Origin: Girardia tigrina | Taxonomy: Eukaryota | NCBI GenBank assembly: GCA_001938485.1 | Contig: MQRK01237534.1 | Location: 21,996-76,833, forward strand | DNA length: 54,838 bases | Direction: 5' to 3' | In this document: one piece after another, positions 1-12,700 of the stretch | Layout of the letters: each line of letters starts with the position of its first letter | Position numbering within the stretch: the first letter of the stretch is position 1 | Notes under the pieces: generated by a model | Seen by the model: only the letters and a program-made list of their open reading frames with translations | Told to the model about the DNA's origin: nothing | Database searches by the model: none | Position numbers and translations under genes: made by a program

Positions 1-28
1 ATATAACCAACGAAAATTTTTTCCTTAG

Positions 29-190
29 AGCACACAAGTGGATTGCAGAACTTAATGAATTAACATCTTCCGTGAAAACAATTATTTTGGTTGGGAACAA
101 ATGTGACTTAAATGATGAAAGGAAGATAGACACGGAGACTGCTCAGAAATTCGCACAAGATAACAATTTATTATTTCTTGAAACGTCTGC
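29..190 (+). CDS. Internal exon of a Rab-family small GTPase, Rab5/Rab22-like (partial; runs into N-gap)
   Basis: Acceptor ttttttccttAG at 27-28. Translation (R)AHKWIAELNELTSSVKTIILVGNKCDLNDERKIDTETAQKFAQDNNLLFLETSA contains G4 (GNKxD) and G5 (ETSA). It resembles Rab5 'RAKxWVxEL...GNKADL...AQxYADDNSLLFMETSAK'. Rab identity is strong; the subfamily is tentative. Confidence 0.9.
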
Positions 191-621
191 NNNNNNNNNN
201 NNNNNNNNNNNNNNNNNNNNNNNNNNNNNNNNNNNNNNNNNNNNNNNNNNNNNNNNNNNNNNNNNNNNNNNNNNNNNNNNNNNNNNNNNNNNNNNNNNNN
301 NNNNNNNNNNNNNNNNNNNNNNNNNNNNNNNNNNNNNNNNNNNNNNNNNNNNNNNNNNNNNNNNNNNNNNNNNNNNNNNNNNNNNNNNNTTGACTTTGAT
401 TTTTTTGTTAATGGTTAAGAGTTATTTTATTTACTAATTATCCTTTTTTACCTATTTTTTGTCAGTAAGAATAGTTATTCGTTTTTTTTACGGCGAATAA
501 TTATTTTTACAGTAATATAAATTTCAACATTTTAATAATAAATAATTTTACTTTTTCTAAATTTGAAAATCAAAATAACAGTTTGATTATGTAATTTTAT
601 ATCCTTCACTGAAATATTTTT

Positions 622-636
622 CTGCATACGCGCCTG
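622..636. mobile_element. Isolated right terminus of a hAT-type non-autonomous element
   Basis: CTGCATACGCGCCTG; a related end CTGCATACGAACCTG is at 12709-12723 after a C-rich subterminal tract. Confidence 0.4.
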
Positions 637-640
637 TATA

Positions 641-2200
641 CAGTGGCGTACCGAGGGGGGCGAGGAGGGCACTGGCTACGGGCGCCGGAGAGTTGGTGGG
701 GCCAAATCAGCATCTAAGGGTCTGATTTAATATTGCGACTGAATTGACATGCTTCATATAATTTTTTATCAATTGTAAATCAATTTTATTGCTTTACTTA
801 ATAATCTCCAAATTTATTATTAATCAAGTAACAAATTAAGTGGAGCACAACATCGCAAAAGTAAGGGGCAACAAGAAGCAGATTCTAAAAATGTGCCTCT
901 TTTATGCAGCAGTTTTCAATGTGAGGGGCTGAAACGATTTCTGGCCAGCACAAAGTTTCTAACTAGCCGAAATTTGGCTTTAAGTGGTCACTGTGAAAGT
1001 CTCGCTGAACATGATGACACTGAATGTTACAATATTGAAATGTTCTAGTCATAATGGAACTCATTACTTAGTTTGATCGACTATATTCAAATCATTTACA
1101 GCATGCTTTGGATGTTCCTGGTTCAGTTTCATATCTGTCGCAAAGAATTCAAACTGGATTTATCAGTCTTCTTGCATCTACAGTAATAAAGCAGATACTC
1201 TGTGATATTCGAGGAAACAAATATTATGGGTTAAGGCTGAATTCAACATCTGACCTTTGTGAACAGTTATCAAAAGTTATTCGGTTCGTTGACATTTAGT
1301 TTATAACTAAGAAACTTACCATCAAAGATGTTTTTCTTGGTTTTATTCAGCTTCACGCAAAAGATGCATCAACACTAGAAAATGATATTGCTGAACAATT
1401 GCAAAGGGACAATCTTACTATGACTGACTGTCGATATCATTGCTATGACAATATAGCTGTAACGACAGGAGAACTGTCAGGACAGAAACAAAGAATTTCC
1501 ATTCGAAATCCTCGAGCATCGTTTGTAAATTGTAATAAACATAGCATGAATTTAGCTGGATTACATGCTGCAAAACAGGATCCAGTTGTTGTGACTTCTT
1601 TTGGTACAGTGCAGAATCTCTATGTTTTCTTCAACGCTTCAACTGTTCGTTAGGAGACGATGACAGAACGTCTTCGAATTACTTTCAAGAGAGAATGTCA
1701 AACACGCTGAAGTGCAACACAAGATAAAGTGAAGGTAATTCAAGAACAGTTTGATGGATTATTACAGCTATTAGAAGACCTGTATGAAGATGGTACTCAA
1801 ATAAATGACACTCAGAATGGTGCATATAATTTGCTTCAAAATGTCATAAATTTTAATTTTATCACTCTACTTAATTTCTGGCATGCAGTTGTGTCGAAAA
1901 TTCACCGAATCCAAAAACGACAGCAGAATTCTTCAAGGAATTGCCATGACATATTACTGGATCTAGAAGGACTCAGATACAACTAGGTAGTATTCTTGAA
2001 AACGTTTGCATCGCTGCAGTCAATGCACCCAAATATCTATGTGAGAAATCGGGAATTAGAATAGAAGGAAGAATTAGACGTCGAACATAAATGCCTGGTG
2101 AAAATGCTTATGATGTAGAACTCTGTGCGGTTGAAGAAATAACTCGTACTATTAAATCAGTTATCTATAGACTGATCCAGGAGATGAAAATAAATAGATT
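641..2200 (+). mobile_element. Decayed hAT transposon (Tip100/ZMYM1-like transposase), 3'-truncated
   Basis: Left end CAGTGGCGTACCGAGGGGGG. Transposase pieces EQLSKVIRFV, CYDN...G...QRI..RNPRASFVNCNKHSMNL and CQTR*SA, with many stops and frameshifts. Confidence 0.85.
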
Positions 2201-2502
2201 TATAAATAGATCAGTATTAATTTGAATTTCGTGGGTCGTTGACAAAATCATCAATAATAATATTAAAATCCATGACTGAAACTAAAATTTTTTATTTTAT
2301 TGTTAATTAATCTGAACAGTTATACCTTCATCTTCATGAGCGCCGACACAGATTTTTCAGGGGCCATATATTATATAACAGAAATAAAGGTGGTATGACT
2401 ATTAACCATAGAAAATTAACCATACGACATTTTACCGTATTTTTTCAATTACTTTAATACAAATTTTAAAAACTAACATTAATAATTAAGAAAAATAAAT
2501 GA
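2201..2502 (+). repeat. ~300-bp dispersed duplication (copy A; copy B 36233-36539)
   Basis: Near-identical 'gtgggtcgttgacaaaatcatcaataataatattaaaatcc...ggtggtatgactattaaccatag...aagaaaaataaatga'. Confidence 0.9.
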
Positions 2503-3309
2503 CAGTTTACTTGCCGATTTATCCCTATTAGAAAGCATCATTATTAATTGTGAATATAATGAATAAACAAATATAACTGTTGAATATAATCATTTCAGTT
2601 TAAATCATAATCCATTTTAAAATAGAAATTCGATAACTTATCATTTGTAAGTTTTAAGTAATTAATTAAAACAAATTAAAGCATCTGTCCCAGTTCCTTT
2701 TGTAAAATATTAACCAATTAATATAATGACTATACTTTAAATTACAGTGATATTTAAATGTTATAAACTATTTAGATATCTGTATGCATAGTATGCCGTA
2801 TACAAATCTATATTCTACTGTCATATTTGCTCCTATGTCTGAATTGACCCGGTCTACCCTATTATTGCAACATTCATTTGGTCTGATTGAAGCAAAAGGA
2901 AACATAAATTATGCTACACAAAGAGAGTTATTAAAAGTTATTAATTAAAATTTTTAAAAAATCAAAACAAATGTTTTAAAAATTATCATTAATGTTGCTT
3001 ATTATTTAACCTACAATTACTTTTCGGGAGTTGTTGAATATTAAAATCATAAAACATCTTATACGAATAATAATCTACGTATAATAATGTATAATCGTAA
3101 AAGGGCAAAAGTTTCTTCAGTCAAAATTTATGACATGTTTAACATTTAAAGTTTCAATTCTACCTTGACTTTATGATTTTCGTACAGTAAAAGTATAAGT
3201 TTCAAGCATTCAATAAACTAGAACACTAAGTTAAGATAGATTTTAATGTTTATGATTTTTTCTAATATGAATATTTCTACAATTGCCGATTCAATTTTAA
3301 GTCAATACA

Positions 3310-3800
3310 AAATCTTCGATCTTCGGTCTTGACAAGGTTATGATGGATGTTATGCCATGACTGGAAAAGATAATGGGGTCTATTCAATTAGTAGAAATAA
3401 ATCATAAAGCTGTCTTTGTTCATTGCGCCTCTCACAGGCTTAATTTAATATCCAATGATCTCTATATAGTTCCTGAAATTCGAAATACTATAGCAACTAT
3501 TAGAGGTGTAGTCATTTTCTTTTGTGGAAGTTCTTTAAGAAGATTGTTAGTTCCATACAAAACATTTATTTTGTGAAAATCGTAGTGTTAGTAAATACAA
3601 GAGTATTAGGATTTTTTTGAAAATTTTCAACATATTTTAAATCAGTTGGAATCTGTGGCAACGACATCCAATGACAATAATAGAAAAACAGCTCATCAAA
3701 TCTTTTATTCGTGCAATTCATCAACAATTTTATTTTGCTTATAAATAATTTCATCTCAATCGTCATTACTTGAACCTATTACACAAATACTTCAAACAAA
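3310..3800 (+). mobile_element. Second decayed hAT transposase fragment
   Basis: QGYDGCYAMTGKDNGV then HKAVFVHCASHRLNL (hAT CxxH motif), frameshifted. Confidence 0.8.
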
Positions 3801-3924
3801 CATTTATATATTGTTCAAGTACTCTCATACTCAGATGGGATTGATATGTTTATTGATTGATTATTTGAATCTAATGAAATTAATTTAATGATATTAATTT
3901 TAAGTACTAATTAATTAAAGTTTG

Positions 3925-4200
3925 ATAATTATGAATTTTAATAATATTTTCAGTAAATGATTTTAACTTATTAAATGTAATATATTTTAAAAATTAATGT
4001 TTATTTAAAATGTATTATTAAATGTATTATTATTATAAAATGTATTATTAAACTTTCCCATTCATAGTTTTTTTAGATTTGAATATATTAACAAAAAAAC
4101 TATATCAATCAAAGAAAGATAACCAATGAAAATTGTTGTGAAGAAACTATTTGTGTTGTCAATAAATGTTTGCATTCAAATTGTGATGCTGTTAATAACT
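3925..4200 (+). repeat. Diverged dispersed repeat (second copy ~26156-26432)
   Basis: Shared 'ttttagatttgaata...tatcaatcaaagaaa...aattgttgt..agaa..t.tttgtgttgt..a.aaatgtt..ca.tcaaatt.tgatg.tg.taata'. Confidence 0.7.
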
Positions 4201-6409
4201 ATATAATAATTAATAACGAATTATTTTATTTACTCTTGATATATCTACGTCATGTATCATCATTTAAAATATATTTTATACCACTATTATAATAGATAAT
4301 TAGAACTCAAAGAGTATAATCTTCTTGATTATTGTCATTGATAGAAAACCAGAAGAGCGACATCTAATTATTATTATTTAGTTCAAACCAACATTTGCAG
4401 ATTTCTTACTGAATAATTTAGTTAAATCTTGTCCTTTCGATTGACGGCGGAGATTTAGGCTAAGAGTCTTTAACCAATCATAATATGTAATCATTACTCA
4501 TGATGACTATTTGATAATTATTAGTCACAAAAAAGAAACCCGAATTCTTCTTCGACGCCGCGCTTAGATAAAAGAGCATTTCACATAATTTGTTGAGAAA
4601 TTAATTTATTTTTATTATTTGTTATTTCTTGAGATTCTTATGAAATAATTAAGACAATATTTAATTGAAAAAAATCTCGAATAATTAATTTTAAATATTA
4701 TTCATTTTTTCCATAAAAATTAATTTTACATAATATTAATCAGAAAAAAATAATAAATATTTTAAATTTGTTTTTAATTTCAAAAAGCAAAAAAAATATT
4801 TCCAAAACATTTAAATTAGATAAAAATTTTCGCCGAAAAAAAATAATTTGAATTTTCATACAATTCTTAATTAAATTCAATTCTTTTTTTTTAAAAAAGG
4901 CAATTTATTGAAATTTATACACACCATTTTTTATAACTAGTTCGACAGAGATAAGAAAAGAGAAAGAAAGACAATATTTAGACGAAAAATAAAAATTAGA
5001 CATTCCGANNNNNNNNNNNNNNNNNNNNNNNNNNNNNNNNNNNNNNNNNNNNNNNNNNNNNNNNNNNNNNNNNNNNNNNNNNNNNNNNNNNNNNNNNNNN
5101 NNNNNNNNNNNNNNNNNNNNNNNNNNNNNNNNNNNNNNNNNNNNNNNNNNNNNNNNNNNNNNNNNNNNNNNNNNNNNTTTTTATTTTCTTCTGGTAGAAT
5201 TATCAAAAGTTTATTGTTACGAAAAAAAATAAGTTGCAGTGTTACCGACAAAGAAAAAAAAATCTATAGACCACATTCATTGATGAGAAAATTCATAGTC
5301 AAAATGCCGCGACTAATGGTGACGGTGTCGTAAGATTTATGATCGAAAGTTTATGACTTCTTTTATTTTAGTCAGTAGGCCGACTGACAGCAATACTGAC
5401 AAACACACACATACAGAAATCGAGATGACAAAGTAAGCAAAAACAATTATAAGACTTTTTTAGACTGTGTGTAACTTTCGATAAATTCAAGTAAATGTGT
5501 ATCGGTATCTGAATGATTAAGCATTTCAATCTGTGTTGAAGTGTCGCAGCTAATTTTGATTTTATTAAGAGCAAGCTAATGCAGGAAAAGCTTGTCAGTA
5601 ATATTTATGATAAGCTCAGAGACAAGTGTTCATGGTCATTAGAAGTTATCTGTGGTCCTATTTTCAAACTGAATATAGGCTGATGATGATTATTATTATT
5701 TTGTTGTTGCCGACTTTGCTACTGCCTTACACTTGCAACGTGTTGTCGGCGTTCTTGTTGTTGTGCTGTTGATATACACTAACGAGTCTAGTAGTGCGAT
5801 AAATAATAATTTGTAGTCGACTTCACTGAACATTTAATTGGAGTCAGATTCTTGAATTGAGCTTCAAGCATATTTAGAAAACTATTCGAAAAAAAATCAG
5901 TTTATTTTATAAATTTTTTTTCAGAGTGAAAAAAAATTTGGATATATTACTTTTTACCGTTAAATTTAAAGTAAGTTAATCGAATCAAGATTTATATTTA
6001 ATTTTGTTTCAGTAATATAAACCCTGTAGATCCGAGTTAGACGGCCCACTCTAATTCGAATCTTCGGGAATTATATAATTGACACGATCTTCTTTTCTTT
6101 TTAATAATCTCTTTTCACTTTTATTATTTTTATTATATGATAATAATTGTAAAAAATTTTCTCTCGATAAAATTTTCTATTAAAAATAAAGTATGTTTTT
6201 AAATAACCAAAAATTTTTTTCATTAAATTTATGTTAAAATTTATGACGATAATTAATTTGTTAAAAGCGATTATGATAAATTATTTAGAGAATTTCGTTG
6301 TTTTACTGCATGAATTTTAGTTGACTTTAATGTTTCATTTATGATATCGCTGCTTAATTATTGATTTTTACGATTTTTTTTTGAAAAAAATTATTTTTCA
6401 TCAATTCAA

Positions 6410-6424
6410 CGGATTTTCTCACAG
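6410..6424 (+). promoter_or_regulatory. 3' splice acceptor 14 nt upstream of the FHIP1 ATG (5'UTR intron end or trans-splice site)
   Basis: attttctcacAG at 6423-24, preceded by a T-rich tract. Confidence 0.5.
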
Positions 6425-6438
6425 CAATTCCTCATTAA

Positions 6439-6786
6439 ATGGATGATAGCAATATGAGAATTTGTCTCGACGTGTTCAGTGACCATTGGCAACAGGTTTT
6501 GTATTTTATCAATCACACGGATGATCAAAACGGTTTGGAAACGATTTTCAAACATATCGATGTGATGATTTCGATAATCATCAAGGAGTGCGATGAAGAG
6601 GAGAATGTTTCGCTTGAAGACATTCTTGATTATTGCAATGAAAATGCGATTTTTCGAAAGATTTTCACTCACTTCGTCAATGAGAATTCTTTGGGACAGA
6701 ATAAAGAGTTCGGGATCATCAACCAGCTCAAGATGTACGATAATCTCATAAATTTTCTGCCGTGCAAGCACTTGATGAGAGAAAAT
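6439..6786 (+). CDS. FHIP1: FHIP1 coding exon 1
   Basis: MDDSNMRICLDVFSDHWQQVL...NQLKMYDNLINFLPCKHLMREN; donor GTGAGG at 6787; in-frame TAA directly before the ATG. Confidence 0.9.
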
Positions 6787-9700
6787 GTGAGGCGGAATCG
6801 CAATTATAATTTATTATTTTATTAATATTTATTATTTAATTTATTAATTATTATTTATTTTTATTACTTCATTAATATTTTTATTATTTTTTTGGGGGTT
6901 AATATTTTTCTTGGAACGAATGTTATACTGCCCCCATATATTATGTATTCTGTATAGATTATATAATTTAGTTTCGAATTAGAGGAATAACTGGTGCAAT
7001 GGATGAATAAAATTGTTAATTAATTAATAAAAAATGAAATAATTAATTATTAATTGATTGAAATTCAATGGATGAATAAAATTGTTAATTAATATTTGAA
7101 TAATTGTTAATTAATTAATAAAAAATGAAATTCATTAATTGATTGAAATTCAATCAAATCAAATTTAATAATTTATTTAATAAAATCAATAATAAATTAA
7201 ATAATTTATTCATTCAATAATTAATTTATTCTTTACTTTATTTACTTTTTATTCATTTATGTAATAATTGATTTATTGATTCACTAATTTATTTATTCAA
7301 TGAATTAAATTAATTAATTAAAATAAATTAAATAAATTATTATTAATTTATTAAATAAATAATTAATCTTAAAGAATAAATTAATTATTAAATTAAATTA
7401 ATAAAAAAATAAATAAATAATTAAAATTTATTTATTCAATGAATTAAATTAATTAAAATAAATTTAATTAATTATTATTAATTTATTAAATAAAGTAATT
7501 AAATAAATAATTAATCTTAAAGAATATATAAATCTTCATAAATTACATAATGTGGAGGTAGTATAACAGTCGTACCTTTTTATTATTTTAATAATATTAT
7601 TTATTAATTAATAATAAAATTATTATTATTTCTTATTTATATAATTAAATCTATTATTACTTATTTCTAAAAAATTTTATTTTCTTTTATTCTTATTAAT
7701 TATAAAATTATTAATTGTATCTTTTTTATTACTATTTTACTATTTGATTTATTATTTATTATTTCAATTATATTTTTTATTAATAAAATTTATTGTATTA
7801 TTTTAATAATTTTATTTACTAAATATTATAATAATTATTTTTTATTGTTAATAATATTTATTATCGTCATAATTTTTACAATTTTTAATATTAATTTTTA
7901 TTATCAATAATTACTTTTGTAATTATATTTATTATTATTATTTTAATATTATTTATTTATAAAATTATTTTAAATATTTAATTGATACTAAAGTAATTAC
8001 ACAATTTATTCTGTTTAAATTTTTTTTCAGGTTTACTTTTGTTTAAAATTTTAAAAATTATTTTATTCCACGGGCCTTGAATTTTTATCACGCCACGATA
8101 CGCAACGAAGCAAAGAATATTTATGATCGAATCTTCAATAAAATTCAATAATTCAATTATTTCTGTTCAGCGCGAATTTCGAAAGCGTTATAAAACTAAA
8201 ATTTTTCCAGAGAGAGAACAATTTTAAATAAATTTTTGACTTTTGGATGTGTAGTGGTAGATTTGCCAAGATTGTGAGATCCGAAGAAAATATCCAACGC
8301 GTAGAAGAAAATGTTCAATTCAAACCAAGATTATCGACAAGAAAACGTTCGAGTCATCTGAATATTTCCAGGACATCTCTTAGGCGAATTTTAAAAATTG
8401 ATCTGAAAATGAAAGCCTACAAAATTCAGATCTGCCAAAAACTTCAACCGAATTATGAGGGGTTAGTTTTAAGTTTCGCCAAAATAGTTTATTATTTTTT
8501 TTAATTTGAAAATTTAAAAGAAATAAAATAACAATTAACATATTTTAATAAAAGTTATAGTATTAAAAGTTATATATTATTAGCTAAATAAATTTTAATT
8601 AACGGATTAATATTTTCAGAAATAATTTTTTAATAAAAGTGTTATTGTAAATTTAAATTAATTAGTTTTATGATTAAGTTTCGTAAGAATGTAAAATTTG
8701 GTTACATTAAAAATTTGTAATTTTTTTTGTAAGAAAATGTAAATTATTTAAGGGTAAAATTTTTGTAAAAAATATAAGATTAATTAAGATTTAAATATTG
8801 TAAGATTTTTTGTAAAAAATTAAGATTAATTAAGATTTAATATTGTAAAATTTTTTGTAAAAAAATATAAGATTAATTAAAATTTAAATATTGTAAAATT
8901 CTTTGTAAAAAAGTATAAGATTAATTAAGATTTAATATTGTAAAATTCTTTGTAAAAAAATAAGATTAATTAAGATTTAATATTGTAAAATTTTTTGTAA
9001 AAAAATATAAGATTAATTAAGATTTAAATATTGTAAAAATTTTTGTAAAAAAATATAAGATTAATTAAGATTTAATATTGTAAAATTCTTTGTAAAAAAA
9101 TATAAGATTTAATATTGTAAAATTGTTTGTAAAAAATATAAGATTAATTAAGATTTAATATTGTAAAATTTTTGTAAAAAATGTAAGATTATTTTAGATT
9201 TAAATTTTTGTATATTTTCAAAGTTTAATCGAAAAAATTTAATGAACTAATTTTGGGCGAAATAATTGAATTAACAAGAAATTTGTTTAAGTATATGAAT
9301 TGTAAATATTAATAAATTTTTGTGGTGTTAAATTATGACTTTAGAATGTGATAATAATGAAAGTGGCATAAACGCTACTTACACGAATGATTTTCAGAAA
9401 TGAGTTCATTATTCTGTCAGAATTCTGCAAATGGTGGTCGAAATTACAGATTTCATTGACAAAATGATACTGATTGACGAGGCTCACTTTTGGATGGACG
9501 GGAATATAAATAAGCAAAATTGGAGGTTCTGGGGTTCAGAAAATCCCATGGAGGTTATTGAACGAACTTCAAATCTCCAAAAATGCACAGTGTGGTGCGG
9601 TATTACTTCTGAAGCAATAATTGGGCCTTATTTTTTCGAAGATACTGATGGTCACCAAATCAATGTGAATGGAATAAGATATCGTCAAATGATCAGAGAG

Positions 9701-12700
9701 ATTGTTTTACCATTCATCGAAAATAAACCGGATATGTGGTTCCAAAAGAACGGGGCCACATGTCACACTGCAAATGAGACTATAAATTTGCTGAGAGATA
9801 ATTTTGGTGACAGAATTATTTCAAGACGTGGTAACATTGAGTGGCCTCCAAGATCTCCAGATCTTAACGCACCTGATTTCTTCTTATGGGGTTATCTAAA
9901 AGACTGTGTATACAAAAGAAACCCAAGTTCAATATCAGATCTAAAGAAAATTATAACCGAGGAAATAAGATCGATTAAGCCATCAGTTTTAAACAGGGTA
10001 ATTGAAACTGTCATAGAAAGATGTAGAATTTGTCAATCGGGAAATGGAAAACATCTAAATAATGTAATCTTTCAAAGATATATTAATAAAATATAACTTT
10101 TAAAGTTTATTTTTGTATTATTGTTTGTTAAATTTAATAAAAGGAAAAGAAACTATAGGTTAAATAAATTGTGTAGTTACTTTTGGCCCACCCTTTATAT
10201 TAGTATTTATTATGATTTATTATTACTTATTAATTATAATTATCATTAAATTTTTCATGAATAATATTAATAATTATTTATTCTTAATAAAAAAACTATT
10301 ATTAGTATTAATTAGTATTTTTCTCGACTATTTCAATGAAAATGCGATTTTACAAACGATTTTCACTTATTTCGTCAATGAGACTTTATTGGGACAAAAC
10401 AAAAAGTTCGGGATCATCAACCAGTTCAAGATGTACGATAGTTTCATCAATTTTCTGCCGTGCCAGAATGTGAGGCGCAATCGCAATTACCTTTATTTAT
10501 TATTTTATTAATATTTTTATTATTTTATTTATTATTTTAATATTATATTTATTAATAAAAAATCATTATTATTTATTATTCATAATTAGTATTTTTGTTT
10601 TTTATATTTTATTATTTTTATTATTTTATTAATATTATTTTTCATTATTAATATTTATTATTATTTAAAATTATTACACTTTCTATTGAAAATTTCTTAT
10701 TATTATTTTAATATTTTTTTATTTAAAAATAAAATTATTTTTTATTCTTATTAATATTTATTTTTATTATTTAATTAAAAATATTATTATTATTTATTAA
10801 TAATAGTTATTATATTTATTTAATATTTATTATTTTATTATTATTATTACTATTTTATTTTGATTTTATTGTTATTATTTTTATTATTTAATTATTTGCT
10901 AGTGATAATTATTATATTTCATTGTTGTTCATTATATTTGTTGGTAGCGTTGCTGAGTTCATAAAATTTTTGAATTTACAATCTTATCAAATTAATAATT
11001 AAATTTCCGTAAAATATTGTTATAGATATGTTAAAATAAGATTTTCAGAAATTTAATGTAAAAATTAATTTATGTAAGAAATAAAATAAATTTTACGGTA
11101 GGTTTATTAAAAGATTTATGCAAAGATTTATTATAAAGTACAAAAAGTTAATTTCAAATTTGATGAAAATATTTAATTGAAATAAAATCAAAAGTAATAG
11201 AAAGTTTAATATTTATTTGCGAAATTAAAGTAAACTAAACTTTTTTTGTAACTTTTATTTTACACGATTAAATTTAAGTAAATTAAAAATGTAATTGTTA
11301 TTTTGTTTTTGGAAATTTTAATTGGAATCAAAATATAATTGTAAAACAATTAATTCCTCGGAAAGAGTTCAAAAAACACAATTCCTTTTAAAATCCCACC
11401 AGACGGAAAGCATAAGCTTCTTTTGGTGAATTTCTGCTTTTGGGATCGTTTTGGCAGGCTCACCACGTTTTGTCCATGATCGTCGGCGTTCCATGTTGTT
11501 GTAAACAATCCATTTTTTGTCATCTGTAATCAAGCGCTTCAAAAATGGATCACTTTGTTCTCGCTTCAAAAGGGAATCGCAAATGTCTATACATTTCACC
11601 AAATGAATTTCTTTCAGTTCATGTGGTAACCACATATCGAGTTTACTGACGAATCCAAGTTTCTTTAAACGACTTCCAAAACTTGATTTTGATATTTCCA
11701 GAGTCTCTACAACTTCTCTTGTCGTCATATGTGGATTAGATTTGATCAGTGCTGTTATTTTGTCGCCATCAACTTCAACTGGTCGACCGGAGCGTGGTGN
11801 NNNNNNNNNNNNNNNNNNNNNNNNNNNNNNNNNNNNNNNNNNNNNNNNNGATTTTGATATTTCCAGAGTCTCTACAACTTCTCTTGTCGTCATATGTGGA
11901 TTAGATTTGATCAGTGCTGTTATTTTGTCGCCATCAACTTCAACTGGTCGACCGGAGCGTGGTGCATCATTCAGATGAAATTTTTCAGAGCGAAATTTAG
12001 AAAACCAGTATTGACACTGTCGAAGTTTTAAGGAGTCACTACCATATACAAAACATATCTTCTTATGAGCTTGCACAGCGGTTTTCCCNNNNNNNNNNNN
12101 NNNNNNNNNNNNNNNNNNNNNNNNNNNNNNNNNNNNNNNNNNNNNNNNNNNNNNNNNNNNNNNNNNNNNNNNNNNNNNNNNNNNNNNNNATATTTTGTAT
12201 AAACATAGTCTGAAAATTAAGGTTTCAGAATATATAATTGAATTTAAATTTTATCACATCGTTTTATATTTTCAAGCTTTTTATTAGGACGTACTCAAAA
12301 ACGCAATGGATTTTTGGCCAACTCAATAAAATATTCGCAAAAACGGGTACCTCAAAATCTTTGAACGTGTATTTTTGCTCCATTTTTAAAATTAGTTTTC
12401 TTCTCAACACAAATTTTTCTGCCCTACATGAGCAAAACGCTGACTGCATATGCGTATAATTTTCTCAAACTGCTCAACACAAATAAATCTGCAACACAAA
12501 CTTTAGGAAACCCGAATCTCAAAAATTATTGCGTAGTGAAGCGGTTAAATTTGGAAATTTTTGATTATTTTGTATAGTTCAAATTTTAAACTTAAACATT
12601 TTAACGTATTTTTTATAATATGCAATTAAAAAAACTTAAAGGTAATTAGGATTGAAATTTAAATTTTTTTTCGGGGTGAAGGATTTATCCCCCCCCCCAA

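Larger units (their letters stand above)
7990..10195 (+). mobile_element. Tc1/mariner DD41D (rosa/VS) element, inactive, interrupted at 8454-9383
   Basis: Transposase ~8090-8453 plus 9389-10096 with DEAHF, FQK(D>N)GATCH and WPPRSPDLNAPDFFLWGYLK; 41 residues between the second and third catalytic positions. Right TIR aataaattgtgtagttacttttggcccaccctt+TA; partial left TIR at 7990-8010. Confidence 0.92.

Noticed and set aside
72-437. 121-aa and 71-aa ORFs at the start (also 4937-5251)
   Set aside because: Their length comes from N-gaps; only the exon at 29-190 is supportable.
5270-5500. Terminal exons of the Rab gene
   Set aside because: No frame ends in a CC/CxC prenylation motif; the Rab 3' end is probably in a gap.
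6406-6771. Antisense ORFs over FHIP1 exons (6406-6771, 30523-30729, 45272-45541, 49375-49587)
   Set aside because: Shadow ORFs of real exons.
8750-9200. CRISPR-like regular repeats (also 18160-18375)
   Set aside because: Head-to-tail repeats without unique spacers, eukaryotic context and no cas genes.
8454-9420. Spliceosomal intron in the DD41D transposase (GTTAGT at ~8462 to cAG at 9420)
   Set aside because: It is phase-compatible but would delete expected residues; a TSD-flanked insertion explains the junction better.
11685-11964. Apparent tandem duplication of the mariner HTH region
   Set aside because: Two identical 115-bp copies flank a 50-N gap; this is an unmerged contig overlap.
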